NCBI RefSeq assembly: GCF_001194135.2
Contig: NC_068985.1
Location: forward strand, 68,493,143-68,548,574
Direction: 5' to 3'
DNA length: 55,432 nucleotides
Origin: Octopus bimaculoides
Lineage: Eukaryota
Shown here: positions 24,560 to 37,909 of the stretch, piece by piece
Numbering within the stretch: the stretch's first letter is position 1
How the letters are laid out: every line of letters starts with the position of its first letter
Translations under genes and position numbers: made by a program
The notes under the pieces: generated by a model
Told to the model about the DNA's origin: nothing
The model's input: only the letters and a program-made list of their open reading frames with translations
The model's database searches: none

Positions 24560-27500
24560 ATAGAGGGGACATCACAAAGAGAGACAAACATAAATGTGGG
24601 GGAAAATATATTTAAAAAAAATGAATAAAATGGATGGAAAGTAATTAAATGAGAGTATGAAATGATTGTCGCTCGAACCCCACACTCTGAGTGACTACAT
24701 TGAATCTTATTACAAACAATTACATTCATTAAAGTTCTCTTTTCCTTTCTTTTAAAATTGTAGTCGTGTAAACTTACAGCTTTTTGATCGACTGCACACT
24801 TGATTTCTATCGACCGCTCGTCAATGATCAGCCCATACTTCGTTTTTAGTTTTTTAAGATGTGCTTTACTAATAACTACGCCACTTGTTCTATGAAAGCA
24901 GTCATCAACACTTTCACGCACACTTTCTGTCCATCGCTTNNNNNNNNNNNNNNNNNNNNNNNNNNNNNNNNNNNNNNNNNNNNNNNNNNNNNNNNNNNNN
25001 NNNNNNNNNNNNNNNNNNNNNNNNNNNNNNNNNNNNNNNNNNNNNNNNNNNNNNNNNNNNNNNNNNNNNNNNNNNNNNNNNCGATCGACAGAATATTACA
25101 TGTGGTGGGTGCTAAGACTTTTCAGTTCATGTCTGCTTGCTAATATTTTGTAATTGTAGGGTCAGGGTCAGCATTTGGTGCGGTGCAGGGTGGGGGATGG
25201 TGCATGCGGGGGCAGGGTGGGAAGGAGATGGACAGGGTATGGATGGGGTGAAATTGGGTTGGGGATCTTCGTCCAGGTATTTTGTCTCTTCCTTCGTTTC
25301 ATTCTTTTTTTGTTCCAGCAGTTCATTCTTTCTCTGCTTCCTCTTGTTCACATATATCCGCAATTTGTATTTCCATGGTCTTTGGTGGCATATTGGGTCG
25401 TAGTACGGTTTCCACTGTTTGAGCCAATAATCTAGCCACACTTAGAACGCCGGGGCTTTCTGGCTTCCAACATAACACTGAATTTTTTCACCCAGCATAA
25501 TGGTGTCCATTATCGTGTCCACGTCTCTTGGGGTAGCCTGGATGATCAATTCCAAGGCTTGCTTCATCCAGTTCTATGCTGGTACTTACACGGTCTGGAG
25601 GATTGTTACTTTCTCCTCCGAGCCCAATACCATGGTCGCAATCAGCCATTTAACATCCACCTCCGGTGGCATCTCCTCCATACTCACTCTGGAAGACCGT
25701 ATTACGAGATAAGAACGTATGATTCTCTGTTTCTAACGAGGCCACGGAGTACTGCCTGGCCTTCTCTTCGGTGGGGAACCTCACTTCGACTTTCAGCTAC
25801 GTTGATGGCTTTTTCGTTTCCGTTAAAACTTTTGAATGTTACCGTTTTCCTGATTACACTCTGAACCACTTCACCGGGAGGGGACAATCTTATTTCCTGC
25901 CCCTCGCTATACAACATGCTTTCCTATTTCTTTAATTCGTTCGTTACCAATTCCAAATTTTGATTTCTAAGCCGGCAGCATCCGCAAAACTCTTCTCTTC
26001 ACACGCCGTCTTTCTCTTCCGCAGTTCCTTCTCCATGCTGTTCCCACATGGTAGGAGCTCGTTCATCGACGAATCCGTGTCAGAAGAGCCAATCTCCTCG
26101 AAGATGGTCTTCATGATAAATATATTAAACGTTTCCCTCTCAAGCAAGGCGGCATGAAGTGCAACGACGACAAATTCCGCTCGCGCGGGAGAGAGAAGAT
26201 GTTTTAAAACGCAACAACAAATTTAACAAGCTCAACAACTTGAGACAACAAGCAATTAAGTTTACCAACCTTTCAATATTGAAACGCCACGCCCGAATTA
26301 AAAGAAAATGGGACAAATACCGAAAACCGGGAAAGCGATTCAAGTTGATTTTCATACTCATAATGTCTACGAGGTGCACTTGCAATAAGGTTTTCATGAC
26401 AATTGTTTGCGACTGTTATCCACGGCATTCATCGCGTTTTGGCGTTACGATGTCAGCCAGAAATTAGCGTGTCTTGGAATATTTACACATACATCACCGA
26501 AATAAATTTTCAGAATTTACCATATAGAAATGACATTTGAAAATATCACATTCATTTTGCAATTCAAGTGTACATAGTCTGTTAAAGTCTGTCATACCGG
26601 CCATGACGAAGGGAAATAGCCCTGAAACTCGAGTCGCTTTTATATATTTATATTTATATATTTGATCCTTTATATTGAACTCTAAATATTTCATCTACAT
26701 TCAATACTTTATTTCATGGTGCCATCCATTTTTATTTTATTTTATTTCATATTATATATTGTATATTATATTATATATTGCATATTCCATATTCTATACC
26801 CCACATTGGTTCTGCAGGAATATAAATAAAACATAAAAAACAGACAGTGTTGGAACTCTTTTAAACAAAATAATATATTCCTCTATACACAATCATACAA
26901 ACAACCACCTGTTTTGTATTTATTTTTACTCGCATATATATATATATATATGCGTGCGTGTGTGCGTGTGTGCATGAGTGTGTGTATGTGTGTGTGTGCG
27001 TGTGTGCATGTGTTTGTGTTTGTGTGTGTATATGCTTCTATTGCACAAAATATTTGTTTCTTATTTGTTAGTAAAAGACCATTCACTGGTTAGAGTGTGT
27101 ACATTGGTGAGAGCGATATAGCAGCGTTAATGCAACGTAGATTGCACAAGATATTGTGCTAATGGAAGCACCAATAGTGTACAACGGATCAACAGGTTGT
27201 CATTTCTATGATTTTGTCTAGGTGACTGAATGCGATGACTGACATAAAATACACTACAAAAATATACCATGGAATATTTACTCTAATATGCTTGATATGG
27301 CATAGAAATGTTTTCGCTATTACTCATCTCGTCTGCTGTGGCTGAACTAATGTGATTTGTCAGTTTAACCACACAGAGGCACACATCTGTTATTTTTGGA
27401 CAAAACGAATACTTCATATATAAATGAACAATGAACGGACAAACGGACGGGCAGTTTATATAGGTAGAAATGCAATTTGGTTCACGCATAGGTTTTGTTT
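24560..27500 (-). pseudogene. TLR-like relic, unit 5 (ectodomain only; TM/TIR not found), split by an L1/Tx1 fragment
   Basis: NCPSVCP (27453) / LSVHCS, AISSILE*IFHG, MTDFNRLCTLELQN (ORF 26494..26694), HLKKLKT..VIVCNKIQCSHSEC (ORF 24556..24921). Confidence 0.5.
25140..26470 (-). mobile_element. L1/Tx1-type LINE 5' portion (5'UTR plus decayed ORF1)
   Basis: IRKTVTFKSF..RREGQAV..VSMEEMPPEVDVKWLIATMV is homologous to ORF1 pieces at 37523..37960 and 53595..54362. Confidence 0.7.
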
Positions 27501-27879
27501 ATCACATTCTATTCGCACAGCATTAGTTACTATAAGCTATGGTAAAAGCTACTAGACTAAGATACCGCGTAATGGGAATGGGCAGTGTACTGTGTGTTTG
27601 CTCTAAAATCAAAATGTCGTGATGAGTACGATTAGAATGCTTTTGATAATGTTTCTCCTTTAAACTTACACCAACTACTAAAATCGTTTCAGTGTGCCGT
27701 TTGCAGAAGAACAGTCGGATTTCAGAAGCATGCTACTCGGTTGATCGTCTCATTTGGAATAGACGGAGAGGCAGGCTATTTTGTGGAGGTGAGTGGAATT
27801 ATAAAAGTGTAAATTTTACATATATATACTTACTTGTTGAATAGGGAGAAACTTTTGGAGTTCTTCTGGGTCAAATAAT

Positions 27880-28450
27880 ATCATTATTAATAATGTTCCC
27901 TTAAACGTGTTATAATCAACAACTGGCCAAAAAATATGAGCAAGAAAGGGATTCAAAAGGCACGAAGTTCTGGAGAGGAATAAGTAGGAAGGCAAGAGTG
28001 CAGAAGGAAGAGCGATGGAGATGAGATAAATATGAGTCAGAACTACTGAGTGGAGGATCTTAAAACAGGAATCTCTGAGGAAAAAAAGGGGTCATTAGTA
28101 GCAAGATAAAAGTTAGAGATAGAGATGACAGCACGACTGTGAGATTAAAAGTAGAGCACGTCTGAGAGTGATTTATTGCTGATCGATTGACTAACTCATC
28201 TCTGTATACAATCCAGGATTCCTGCTTGACTTTTAGATGCGATCGTAGTTAGTTTGGCGATGTGTCGTTGCCAAGAAAGTTTCTGAGTATAAGTGAAACT
28301 CAGTATTTGGAGTGATACCGAGGATTCCAGTTGAGTGGTACTCATATTTATTTTGGTGGTTTCTTGATACTCAGATTGCTTAAAAGAAAACAAGATTGCT
28401 ATGGCACACAAGGGATGATCTCAATGTCTGCTCTCATAGAATCAAAGCAG
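27880..28450 (-). mobile_element. L2/Crack-type LINE 3' fragment
   Basis: ORF 28196..28411 QILSFTYTQKLSWQRHIAKLTTIASKSQAGIL matches the post-RT LG..F...LSW..HI..ASK..GIL motif. Confidence 0.65.
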
Positions 28451-29819
28451 TTTTAGCGTATGGTGTTTCGGTGCTTGTAAGTAATACATGGTCAGAGAAG
28501 GTTACCTAGGAATGAAGGATTTTACGAGCATAAGTACGACCGTCTTTCACCTGGCGGCAAGTAGATCATTGATATTAATTATCATGATCATGATACTCAA
28601 CATCATCAACAACCACAGCAGCAACAACAACAACAACCAATAAACGTAACCGTTACTCATAGGGCCAGTTACTCGGTTTTCATGACGTTCAATAGCCTGA
28701 GATCAAAAAATTGCCACTGAACAGAATGCCATGCATACACTAATATTTTCTAGAGAACATGAATGTTCTCTTCAACATTCCTTTTCTTCTCTCCAATAAC
28801 ACTTTCCATCCATCCTTTTGTTATACATTTACACACATGGTTTACGCACAAATAAATTAACGTTTTGTCACATTATTTCTTTTAAATAAAACCTTTCCTA
28901 CAAGAAAATACCACTCTATTCTAGCTAGTCATGCCGGCTTTTTCTTAACACCTGGTGTAGAAGAGAATCGTGACGGAACATTGACATTTAGTATTCGTTC
29001 TCCAATTTTTTTTTTTTTTCGTTCTATTCACTTCTTCGCGAAGGACCACAGTCCGAAACGAAGCAGAACATGCAGAGATAAGCTCGTCTTTGTTTCTTCT
29101 ATATTCCCTATCCACCGTTGCTTTTTACTGATTTATTTGTTTTGAAGATGGTTTGAATATCATTAACATGCGATTGNNNNNNNNNNNNNNNNNNNNNNNN
29201 NNNNNNNNNNNNNNNNNNNNNNNNNNNNNNNNNNNNNNNNNNNNNNNNNNNNNNNNNNNNNNNNNNNNNNNNNNNNNNNNNNNNNNNNNNNNNNNNNNNN
29301 NNNNNNNNNNNNNNNNNNNNNNNNNNNNNNNNNNNNNNNNNNNNNNNNNNNNNNNNNNNNNNNNNNNNNNNNNNNNNNNNNNNNNNNNNNNNNNNNNNNN
29401 NNNNNNNNNNNNNNNNNNNNNNNNNNNNNNNNNNNNNNNNNNNNNNNNNNNNNNNNNNNNNNNNNNNNNNNNNNNNNNNNNNNNNNNNNNNNNNNNNNNN
29501 NNNNNNNNNNNNNNNNNNNNNNNNNNNNNNNNNNNNNNNNNNNNNNNNNNNNNNNNNNNNNNNNNNNNNNNNNNNNNNNNNNNNNNNNNNNNNNNNNNNN
29601 NNNNNNNNNNNNNNNNNNNNNNNNNNNNNNNNNNNNNNNNNNNNNNNNNNNNNNNNNNNNNNNNNNNNNNNNNNNNNNNNNNNNNNNNNNNNNNNNNNNN
29701 NNNNNNNNNNNNNNNNNNNNNNNNNNNNNNNNNNNNNNNNNNNNNNNNNNNNNNNNNNNNNNNNNNNNNNNNNNNNNNNNNNNNNNNNNNNNNNNNNNNN
29801 NNNNNNNNNNNNNNNNNNN

Positions 29820-30123
29820 GGGGGTAAGAATTCTCGAGGCACATTACTTCATTTCGGCGGGTGACGCTCGTAGCCGGTCTTCCTGATAGTTCATCGCATT
29901 CTAAAGCTCCCATGTCACTCGAAACAGAGCGTACTACCTATTGCCTCCACACCGTAAGCTTGCCGAAATAGGCTCAATGTCTCTGAAGCCGACTTCGCAA
30001 TTTTATTGCAAAATTTCACGTGGGCTCATGAAGGCCACTGCCATATCTCACTTCTCATGCAACCGTCTGCAACTTTCTGCCGGCGCTGCAGAATTTGTGC
30101 TGGAACTATCTGATAGTACCTCG
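29820..30123 (-). mobile_element. Mariner relic, 5' end (remainder in the N gap)
   Basis: TA|CGAGGT terminus. FCNKIAKSASETLSLFRQAYGVEA and LECDELSGRPATS (mariner HTH / GRP motif). Confidence 0.8.
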
Positions 30124-31081
30124 TATTATGGTTTTGTAACTAATGGAAATGCATAAAAAATTCTGATATAAATCGGTTTTAAACCCGACAGGTTCTTTTT
30201 GGCTGGTGATAGTAACTCTTCAGGAATCTTCGTGAACTTCGATATCGTTAATTCTTTTAGGGTATTCATTTCTTCTCAGTGTTTTGTTGAAATATAGAAT
30301 TTCTATTTAAATTGAAGTTGTAGTAAATAAACTAGAGATGAAGATGTCCAATTATAAACATTGCTTCTTTTGCACTAAATTAAATAGATAATTCTTACCT
30401 CAAGCATTATATCCTTGTCATAAATTAAAATGTTTCTAAGTAATTATATCTAATTATGTAACAAGCAAATGAAAAAGAAGACTTATTCAAAATATTCTGA
30501 AACACTATTCAAATTCTATAGTGGTAAGAGTTTATTCCATGTAATAAAATAATATTCAAGCTGCAAAATATTCGCGATGACCCCAATTATCTAATATTTC
30601 GGTTGAGTAAATTCATCACGTAATTACTATAATAAAATTAAGAATTTACATTCTTATAATAGAGTAGCAGCTCTTTTGATTTTAAGAATTAGAACTGTTT
30701 CTCAATGATTTTGGTGTAACGGTTTTCATTGTAGCATGAAAACTGCTAAGGTGATACCGTATACCGAACATTTTGTTGAAGCCATCACATTTTAATTGAT
30801 TCTACAGTGAGTATAATAACTTCAACTCATATTTCTTATTAGTGAGATTCTGAAATAGTAAATAAAAGAAGTTTTGTCAATAGCAAATACAAATATAGAT
30901 TGGATGGCGAATGGAGCATATAGTGAATTCGAGGATGATGATTCCATAACATGATGTTGAATTTCAGATGGAGAAGAATTCACTATACATATGTAAGGAA
31001 TGACGAGGTGAAGGAGATGGTGATATAGTGAAAATGACATGTCAGCGTCATTGTTGCATTATCAATAGTGTTATTAATCTC

Positions 31082-31290
31082 AAGGCGGCGAGCTGGCAGG
31101 AATCATTAGCTCGCTGGACAAAATGCTTAGCGGTATTTCGCCCGTCGCTACGTTCTGAGTTCAAATTCCGCTGAGGTCGACTTTACCTTTCATCCTTTTG
31201 GGGATCAATAAATTAAGTACCAGTTGAGTGGTAGATAGATAGATGAAAAAGTGCCACACCCCTTGTGCCTATAATAGAATGGATTGTTAA
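31082..31290 (+). mobile_element. tRNA-related SINE family A
   Basis: aaggcggcgagctggcagg...ttctgagttcaaattccgctgaggtcgactttacctttcatcc...taagtaccag. Confidence 0.85.
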
Positions 31291-31299
31291 TATCTCATT

Positions 31300-31560
31300 A
31301 AGAATTACACGTTAAAGATATTAAGGGTGATATATGAAATAAAATATGAAAAAAAATTATATCGCAAGGTTGCTTGGTTCAAACCATGATCTAGGTGAGT
31401 GCTTGTTTGATACAGACTACAGACTGAATAAATTTAACAGCGATGCATTGTGCAAGATAATAGCACAGTAGGTGAAGGCATAGTTAGCTAGCGGGAAAGA
31501 TAGGACACTGTTTCTTAGTAAAATTTATTATTTCGAATTTTAAAGAACCTGTTACCGCCA

Positions 31561-31653
<93 letters not shown>

Positions 31654-32900
31654 CACACGTACATAGATATACATTCATGCATTTATGTGCATATATGTGT
31701 GTGTATATAAACCAACCTTATGTAATCGACTAACACATCACGGCGTCTTTAATCAATTTAGCAATTTGATTCTAATTTCAGTGTTAACTGTGCCTTGAAC
31801 GAGAGAATTTGATATATATGTATTTCTGAAGCAAAACCGAAATTTATGACAACCTAATACGTGAATTTTCAGCAGAAAAAATTGGCGGCGGTTGAAATTA
31901 GTCAGAATCTGTTAGATTATTTTGACATACGTCTTTCAGTTAAATATTTGCGGTGGTAACTTTTAAACTTCTACACATTCTACTCATTCTATTGTTTCTA
32001 AATGAGTATCAAGTTAACTGTATCAAGTTAATGTGTATCAAGTTAACTGATTAATAAAGTTGCATAAAAAAGCCAGAACTTAATTACACACATATAAACA
32101 TACGCACACAAAATACACACACATGTATACATATGTGTATGTATATACACACGCATAAATATTCACATACATGTACACATAGACACAAACACACACATAC
32201 ACATCAAGAAGACACCAAAGTTAAACATGCAGTTTAGAATATTTACTTATGTAAATTTATATCAAAATACGGGTCTCAGAAATAATAGGTTTCATAAATA
32301 CCAGTTTCACAGTTTATTTGCGCTTTCAGAAGCAACAGAGTTCGAGGTATTTTATCCCATTCGTTGTGCGTTGCAGTTTTTCTCTTAAAGAGTTCTAAAT
32401 ACCACCTTCTGTTTCAAATATTAAGCATTATTAAGTAGAGGTCAGATGGTCTGTTAGTTGTTTTGTCCTCTATCTATCTATGTGTCTGTCTGTCTGTTTG
32501 TATGTCTGTCTGCCTGCCTACTTGCCTGTCTGTCTGTCCATTCATCTATCTATCTATCTATATGCCTGCTTGTCTACCTGCCTGCTTGTCTACCTGCCTG
32601 CATGTCTGTCTGTCTGTATGTCTAGCTTTCTGTCCATCTATTTATCTCTACTTGTCCTTGCATATCAGCGCGTGCCTGTGTGTATATGTATTCGTAAGTC
32701 CTTCTTCTTTCTTAGAACTTGAAGTGCACATCTTTTTGCTTTAAAGCACGTTTTTTCCACCAGTTCTGCTACCTCTGCTTGAACGAATTATCACTATTCA
32801 AGAAGTGTAGGTTTTAACTGAATTGTTTAGGCGCGTCATGTTACTAACATGGAAGTTAATCTTTTCAAGCTTTTAAATATAGTAAATAAACTAAAATAAT
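31300..32900 (-). pseudogene. Short TLR-like relic, unit 7
   Basis: TIR-like KFRFCFRN..LVQGTVNTEIRIKLLN (~31845-31755) and SLKFEII (ORF 31484..31678). LRR-like IFKSLKRLTSML (~32880). Confidence 0.4.
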
Positions 32901-35900
32901 TCTTTGCTTCCTGACCAGAGTTGTGCTCGGGGATCTTTTACCATGTTGAATGATAAGATGTTTTCACACAAACATTTTCTTTATGCAAGAAACCCAATTT
33001 TGTCAGCATGTCTACTACAGACGTGTGCAGATAATCAACTACTTCTCAGAATCTATCCAGGTAATTAGAGCTTTACAAATTTGTATTAATTGTCATCAGA
33101 AATAATAAACTGAGATGATTGCAGATTTCACCTCATTAACTCGTGCAGCTTTACTCTACGCCAAACAAAACATCATTTAGATCTCATGAATTATCACGAA
33201 ATGCATGAAAGTAAAACAGAGTAGATATTTCCCGTTCGTGAATTAAATATTTTACAAAAGATATTTCTAAAGACAATTGTCATTCTTTTCCAAATGTCTG
33301 TTTCCAAACTGCTTTATTTGGAATCGTGTAATTATTAGAATTTCTATTGTTCAGTCGTTCATATTACGTATAATTAACACACCATATTCAAGGTCTGCTA
33401 GTGTATCCTCTACTTTTTAAAAGTGGGAGAGTTTTTTGTCCTTGCAGAGTAATGAGTGCCATCTGGCTTGCGACATTACATTATATTATTGTTATTTCAA
33501 TATATGTATAAAATTCATTACACAGCAAACATTTAGTTTTATTATTCCTGTGACGTTATTTGTAGCAATGTAGCGCAGCTATGAAATACACAATGGCAGC
33601 TTATATTACTCATAGTTAAAACAATATCAAAGGTTTATACCTGCTAAAAATTATGCTGTATAACATAACGTAAACTGGATTGATTGGGTGGGCTATTAAA
33701 CAATTCAATTGTTTTAGTTCATAATTTATTCAGTTGTGTCATGTGACTTCCGTTCCATTCCCCCGGTGTGATTCCGTTGTTGAATGAAATCACAGTATGC
33801 TGCATGCAGCTTATATGTCTTGCAAGTAGACCTACATGCAGGAAGTCACCAATTTCAGTTTAGACGTATTCTACATAATTGAATTATTAACTCTGCCCTT
33901 CCAATTCAGTTTGCATTGAATATCTGAATGCAAAAGCCTGGAAAATACATTAGTCGTCATGTTCGACATTTCAAGACTTCTGCTAACATAGATATGTGGA
34001 TCTGCATTTTAGTTATCGATTCAGAAAGAATAAAACGCACAGTTGTTATATAATCCCTTTGTCCATATACTACAGTCTACACTTCATTGCGGTTGAAATT
34101 TAAAATTTTTGATCTTGGGATGTATGGAGTTTCAAAACTGTAACTCGATATGTCAAGTAACAAAGAATGTTGTGAAACTTCAACAGACGTAAAGTATATG
34201 TGGTTTATGACCCCAAAACAAACTTACTGAAACACACAACAACCCAGTTATCATAAATTAAGGAATCATTCAATATATCGTGCAATAAATATAATTTTGT
34301 GTGAACAGAAAAACCTTTGAAGAATTTTTATTTGCTTAAACTGACACAAATACATAAACAATATTTCATCAATTCAAACACATCTATATGATAGCAGATA
34401 TTACAACTTTGTAGGAGCGTTTTTCAAAACTTAGTGCTGCAAAGTATTTGATTGGCTTTCAAACTATAGCGATACATCTCACTACTTCTAATTTGTTATT
34501 CATATTTATTTAACTATTTGCTTGCTTTTGCTTTCTAACAATGAAAACTTTTTTGTTGGTTCATTTCCAAATTGTCAACATAAATATTTTTTCGAGTCAT
34601 AGAAAGCTAGTTTCAAGCATATTCCAGAAGTAATTGTTCGCCATGTTTTCTTTTAGATTTCATTAACTATAAAACTAGACAAGATACACCACTGGAGGTA
34701 AAATTTCCAATAATATATTAAGAAGATATAGATTATGAAGAGTTATAGCAATGTTGTTATTACTTAACTGTGTGTCAATATTGACTTAACAGAAGTATTG
34801 TGAAAGGCAGTTCAGTCAAAGAGTATTATAACAATTTACACATGAGATAAAAGAACCTTTTTCAAATGTGTATGCGTGATTTGACTCTTACTTCTCGCTA
34901 ATCAACTGACTATCTACTGTCTAAAGTGGAATGGCATAACTTTGGCTTTCATCGGAATGAATCTTACCCTGGAGTTTTACCGCTGCTTATCGTAAATAAT
35001 GCGCAGGCTTCATATTTTACGTACGTATAATACAAAATTTCAAGTTCCTCAAGTATGTGACACTAAGGAAAATACATTTTAATAATCAGGTTCATGACAG
35101 TGCAAACAATAATGATGAACAGAAAATATATTAAAAGGTCAAAACCAGAAATTGTTTCCATAAACAATGTTTAACAAAAAAATTCCTATTGCTGTATATG
35201 AAGTCACTTTCTACTTCCCGAGTACATTTAATATTTACTTAAGTAGGGCGGTGACCTGGCAGAAACGTTAGCACGCCGGGCGAAATGCTCAGCGGTATTT
35301 CGTCTGTCGCTACGTTCCGAGGTCGATTTTGCCTTTCATCGTATCGGAGTTGATTAAATAAGTACCAGTTACGCACTGGGGTCAATATAATCGACTTAAT
35401 CCGTTTGTCTGTCCTTCTTTGCCCCCTCTGTGTGTAGACCTTGTGGGCAGTAAAGAAATAAGAAACGTTAGCACACAGGGCACACACGGTATTTCTTCTG
35501 TCTTTATGTTCAGAGTTCAAATTCCGCCGAGGTCGACTTTGCCTTTNNNNNNNNNNNNNNNNNNNNNNNNNNNNNNNNNNNNNNNNNNNNNNNNNNNNNN
35601 NNNNNNNNNNNNNNNNNNNNNNNNNNNNNNNNNNNNNNNNNNNNNNTTCTCTCTTTTTTTTTTTGAGCGTTAGTGTCAACAAACATATAGAGTATGAAGA
35701 TGAAAGGGTTTCACTAGTATTTGATCTCATTTCCTTGGGAAATTTTGAAGACTTTTACATAAATAAACAAATAACGAAGCCATAAATCTATTACTTATGA
35801 CTAATTTGTCTCTTTACCATGATAAACATACTATACTGTACACTGAATAAGAACTTTAATTCTTATATAGGGTACGAGAGTTATTTGAGGACATATTTGG

Positions 35901-35950
35901 TAATTTAATATTACAAATCTAATCTAGCAAAAAACAAATATATTTCAGGA
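32900..35950 (-). pseudogene. TLR-like relic, unit 8
   Basis: SKFPKEMRSNT / ISQGNEIKY (~35750), SNHAYTFEKGSFISCVNCYNTL*L (~34885), TQLSNNNI, LEILPP (~34715), MTQLNKL*TKTIEL. TIR-like ICKALITWIDSEK*LIIC..QNW (~33080-32990). Confidence 0.55.
35245..35546 (+). mobile_element. tRNA-related SINE family A plus partial second copy
   Basis: gggcggtgacctggcagaaacgttagcacgccggg..., then agaaacgttagcacacaggg...gtcgactttgccttt running into the gap. Confidence 0.85.
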
Positions 35951-36169
35951 TAATGCGCCGGTGTATCCCAGGCAACATTGGTGGGGTTTAGTAAGATAAC
36001 AGAGTAGCGCCGTTAGTAGGATAATTAGAGAGGAAGATGAGAAGTAATAGAATAAAATAGAATAAAACAAAAAAAAAACAGGATAACAATAAAAGAAAAC
36101 GAAACAAATGAAACAATATTGAATACAATAGAAGTATTTTCTGTAATAAGCTGATTGATATAAAATTAA

Positions 36170-37863
36170 AACACTTTTGGTCTTGGTTGAAGTTCAACCA
36201 AAATGTTTTCTCATCAGTGACGTAGTATAGCATGAAAAGTAACTGTTTGGCACACATCCAACGGTTTTCCTGTCTGTTATCAGATATGAATTGTTTTCTC
36301 TTCAATAATTCAGATATGCACAGAATGTCCTTCTGCACTAAAGTATTGACAGTCCACTCTAAAACTTGAAGATTTTTAGCGAGAGCCCTCGTTAATTTTC
36401 GGTGATCATCATCGAGAGTGTTTGAATTTCGGGGTCTCTATCGCTTCTCAAAATTTACAATGTATTTTTATTGTTGTTTCACTTTTTTCTCTTTGATGCG
36501 GTTGAATCATTCCTGCTTGAGGATTCCTATTTCATACGACCTTGGTGTACAAAGTATATTGCAAAATTTAGATAGTTGGAAATTACTAAATCGCTAGGTT
36601 TCGTAAATATGGGAACAGTGACTGCATGTATTTTCATTGCTTGTTACCTGCAATGAGAATCTGAAAGAAATAAAATCTTTTTAATTGTTTTGCAGAGAGT
36701 TGACTATTAAGTGTCCTCAAATACTCTTCACATTCCGTAAATGTATATGAAAAAATAACTGAAGGGGAATAATTCCGAGTACAAGTGGCATGTATATATA
36801 AAATCTAGTATATCAAATACTGTACAACATATATTCTTGATGTATCAACAGCAGCAGTAGCAGCAACAGCAGCAGAAGCAGTAGTAACAGCAGCAAAAAT
36901 AGCAGCAGCTACATCATCATCAGCAACAGTAGCAGCAGCAACAATAACTGTAAAGGTTTGACGAGAGAGAAAAATAATCAGTTCAGGTACAATATAAATG
37001 ATCTCCCCGCGTCTGCAAGTAGCTTGGCTATTTCGGTAAACGACTTCAACATCACCACAAACAACAGCGTCATTTTGGCTCCAAAGACAGGAACATCACC
37101 AGCAGCAAAATTGATATAACCAACAGCAACGATGAAAACAACTTCTTTGCACGAATAATTAAATTCCAGGAGCAAATCTCTCCGGAAGGAAAACATACGT
37201 ACCTGAGTGAGGCAGAAAAAACACCTCAAAATAGGGGATAGGAAAACCAAGATTGCAAAACCTTCCGATTTGATGGAAAAGACGGCAAGAAGGACCATCG
37301 TATACAGATGTGTGTCGCTAAAGACAAAGAAAATTGTCAATGCACCACACAAGCAAGTAGAAAATGCCTGAAGTGCATTTGGACCGATATAAATTCCTCA
37401 CACGAGAAAGAATATATGGTTCTGTGGAAGTGAGGTTCCTCACAAAGGCATAGGCCGCAATACACTCAATAGTCCAATGCAAACACGAGGATCTTTTTCT
37501 TCTCACATAACTTGGACGGCAAATGGTGAAAGTTAAAATATCAGATGTGCCACCAGAATTGAATATTTGGTGGCTGGTTGCGTGCGCTGTGATCAAACTC
37601 CTCGATTCGCTTCAAGAAATTAAAAAATATCGGAAGGAGAACTGGTCCAGAATCGGGTTGAAGATTTTCATCTCAGGAAAACCGGAATCCCTGGACAAGT
37701 TTCTTGACGTTATCGAACTGCCCAACGGAGCAACACTCCAAGTCGTGGCTGAAAGCAGAAAGCCAATGGACCACAATTGTGGATCTAACACATATTTGAA
37801 GGCCCTATGCCCACAACAACAACAAAATGAAACTCGAGGAACTGCTCTGCAACCACCACCACC

Positions 37864-37909
<46 letters not shown>

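Larger units (their letters stand above)
27510..31050 (-). pseudogene. TLR-like relic, unit 6, split by mariner and L2-type insertions
   Basis: LRR-like AIDKTSF..RISLIRN (ORF 30822..31040), KIIEKQF*FLKSKELLL, HVNDIQTI. TIR-like PTVLLQ..NDFSSWCKFK (W 27673-27671) and HHDILILEQTHSTLPIPITRYL (~27625-27550). Confidence 0.6.

Noticed and set aside
28800-28960. Possible Tc1/mariner-like terminus (tacaccaggtgttaag on the minus strand)
   Set aside because: No partner TIR or coding remnant found, so too weak to call
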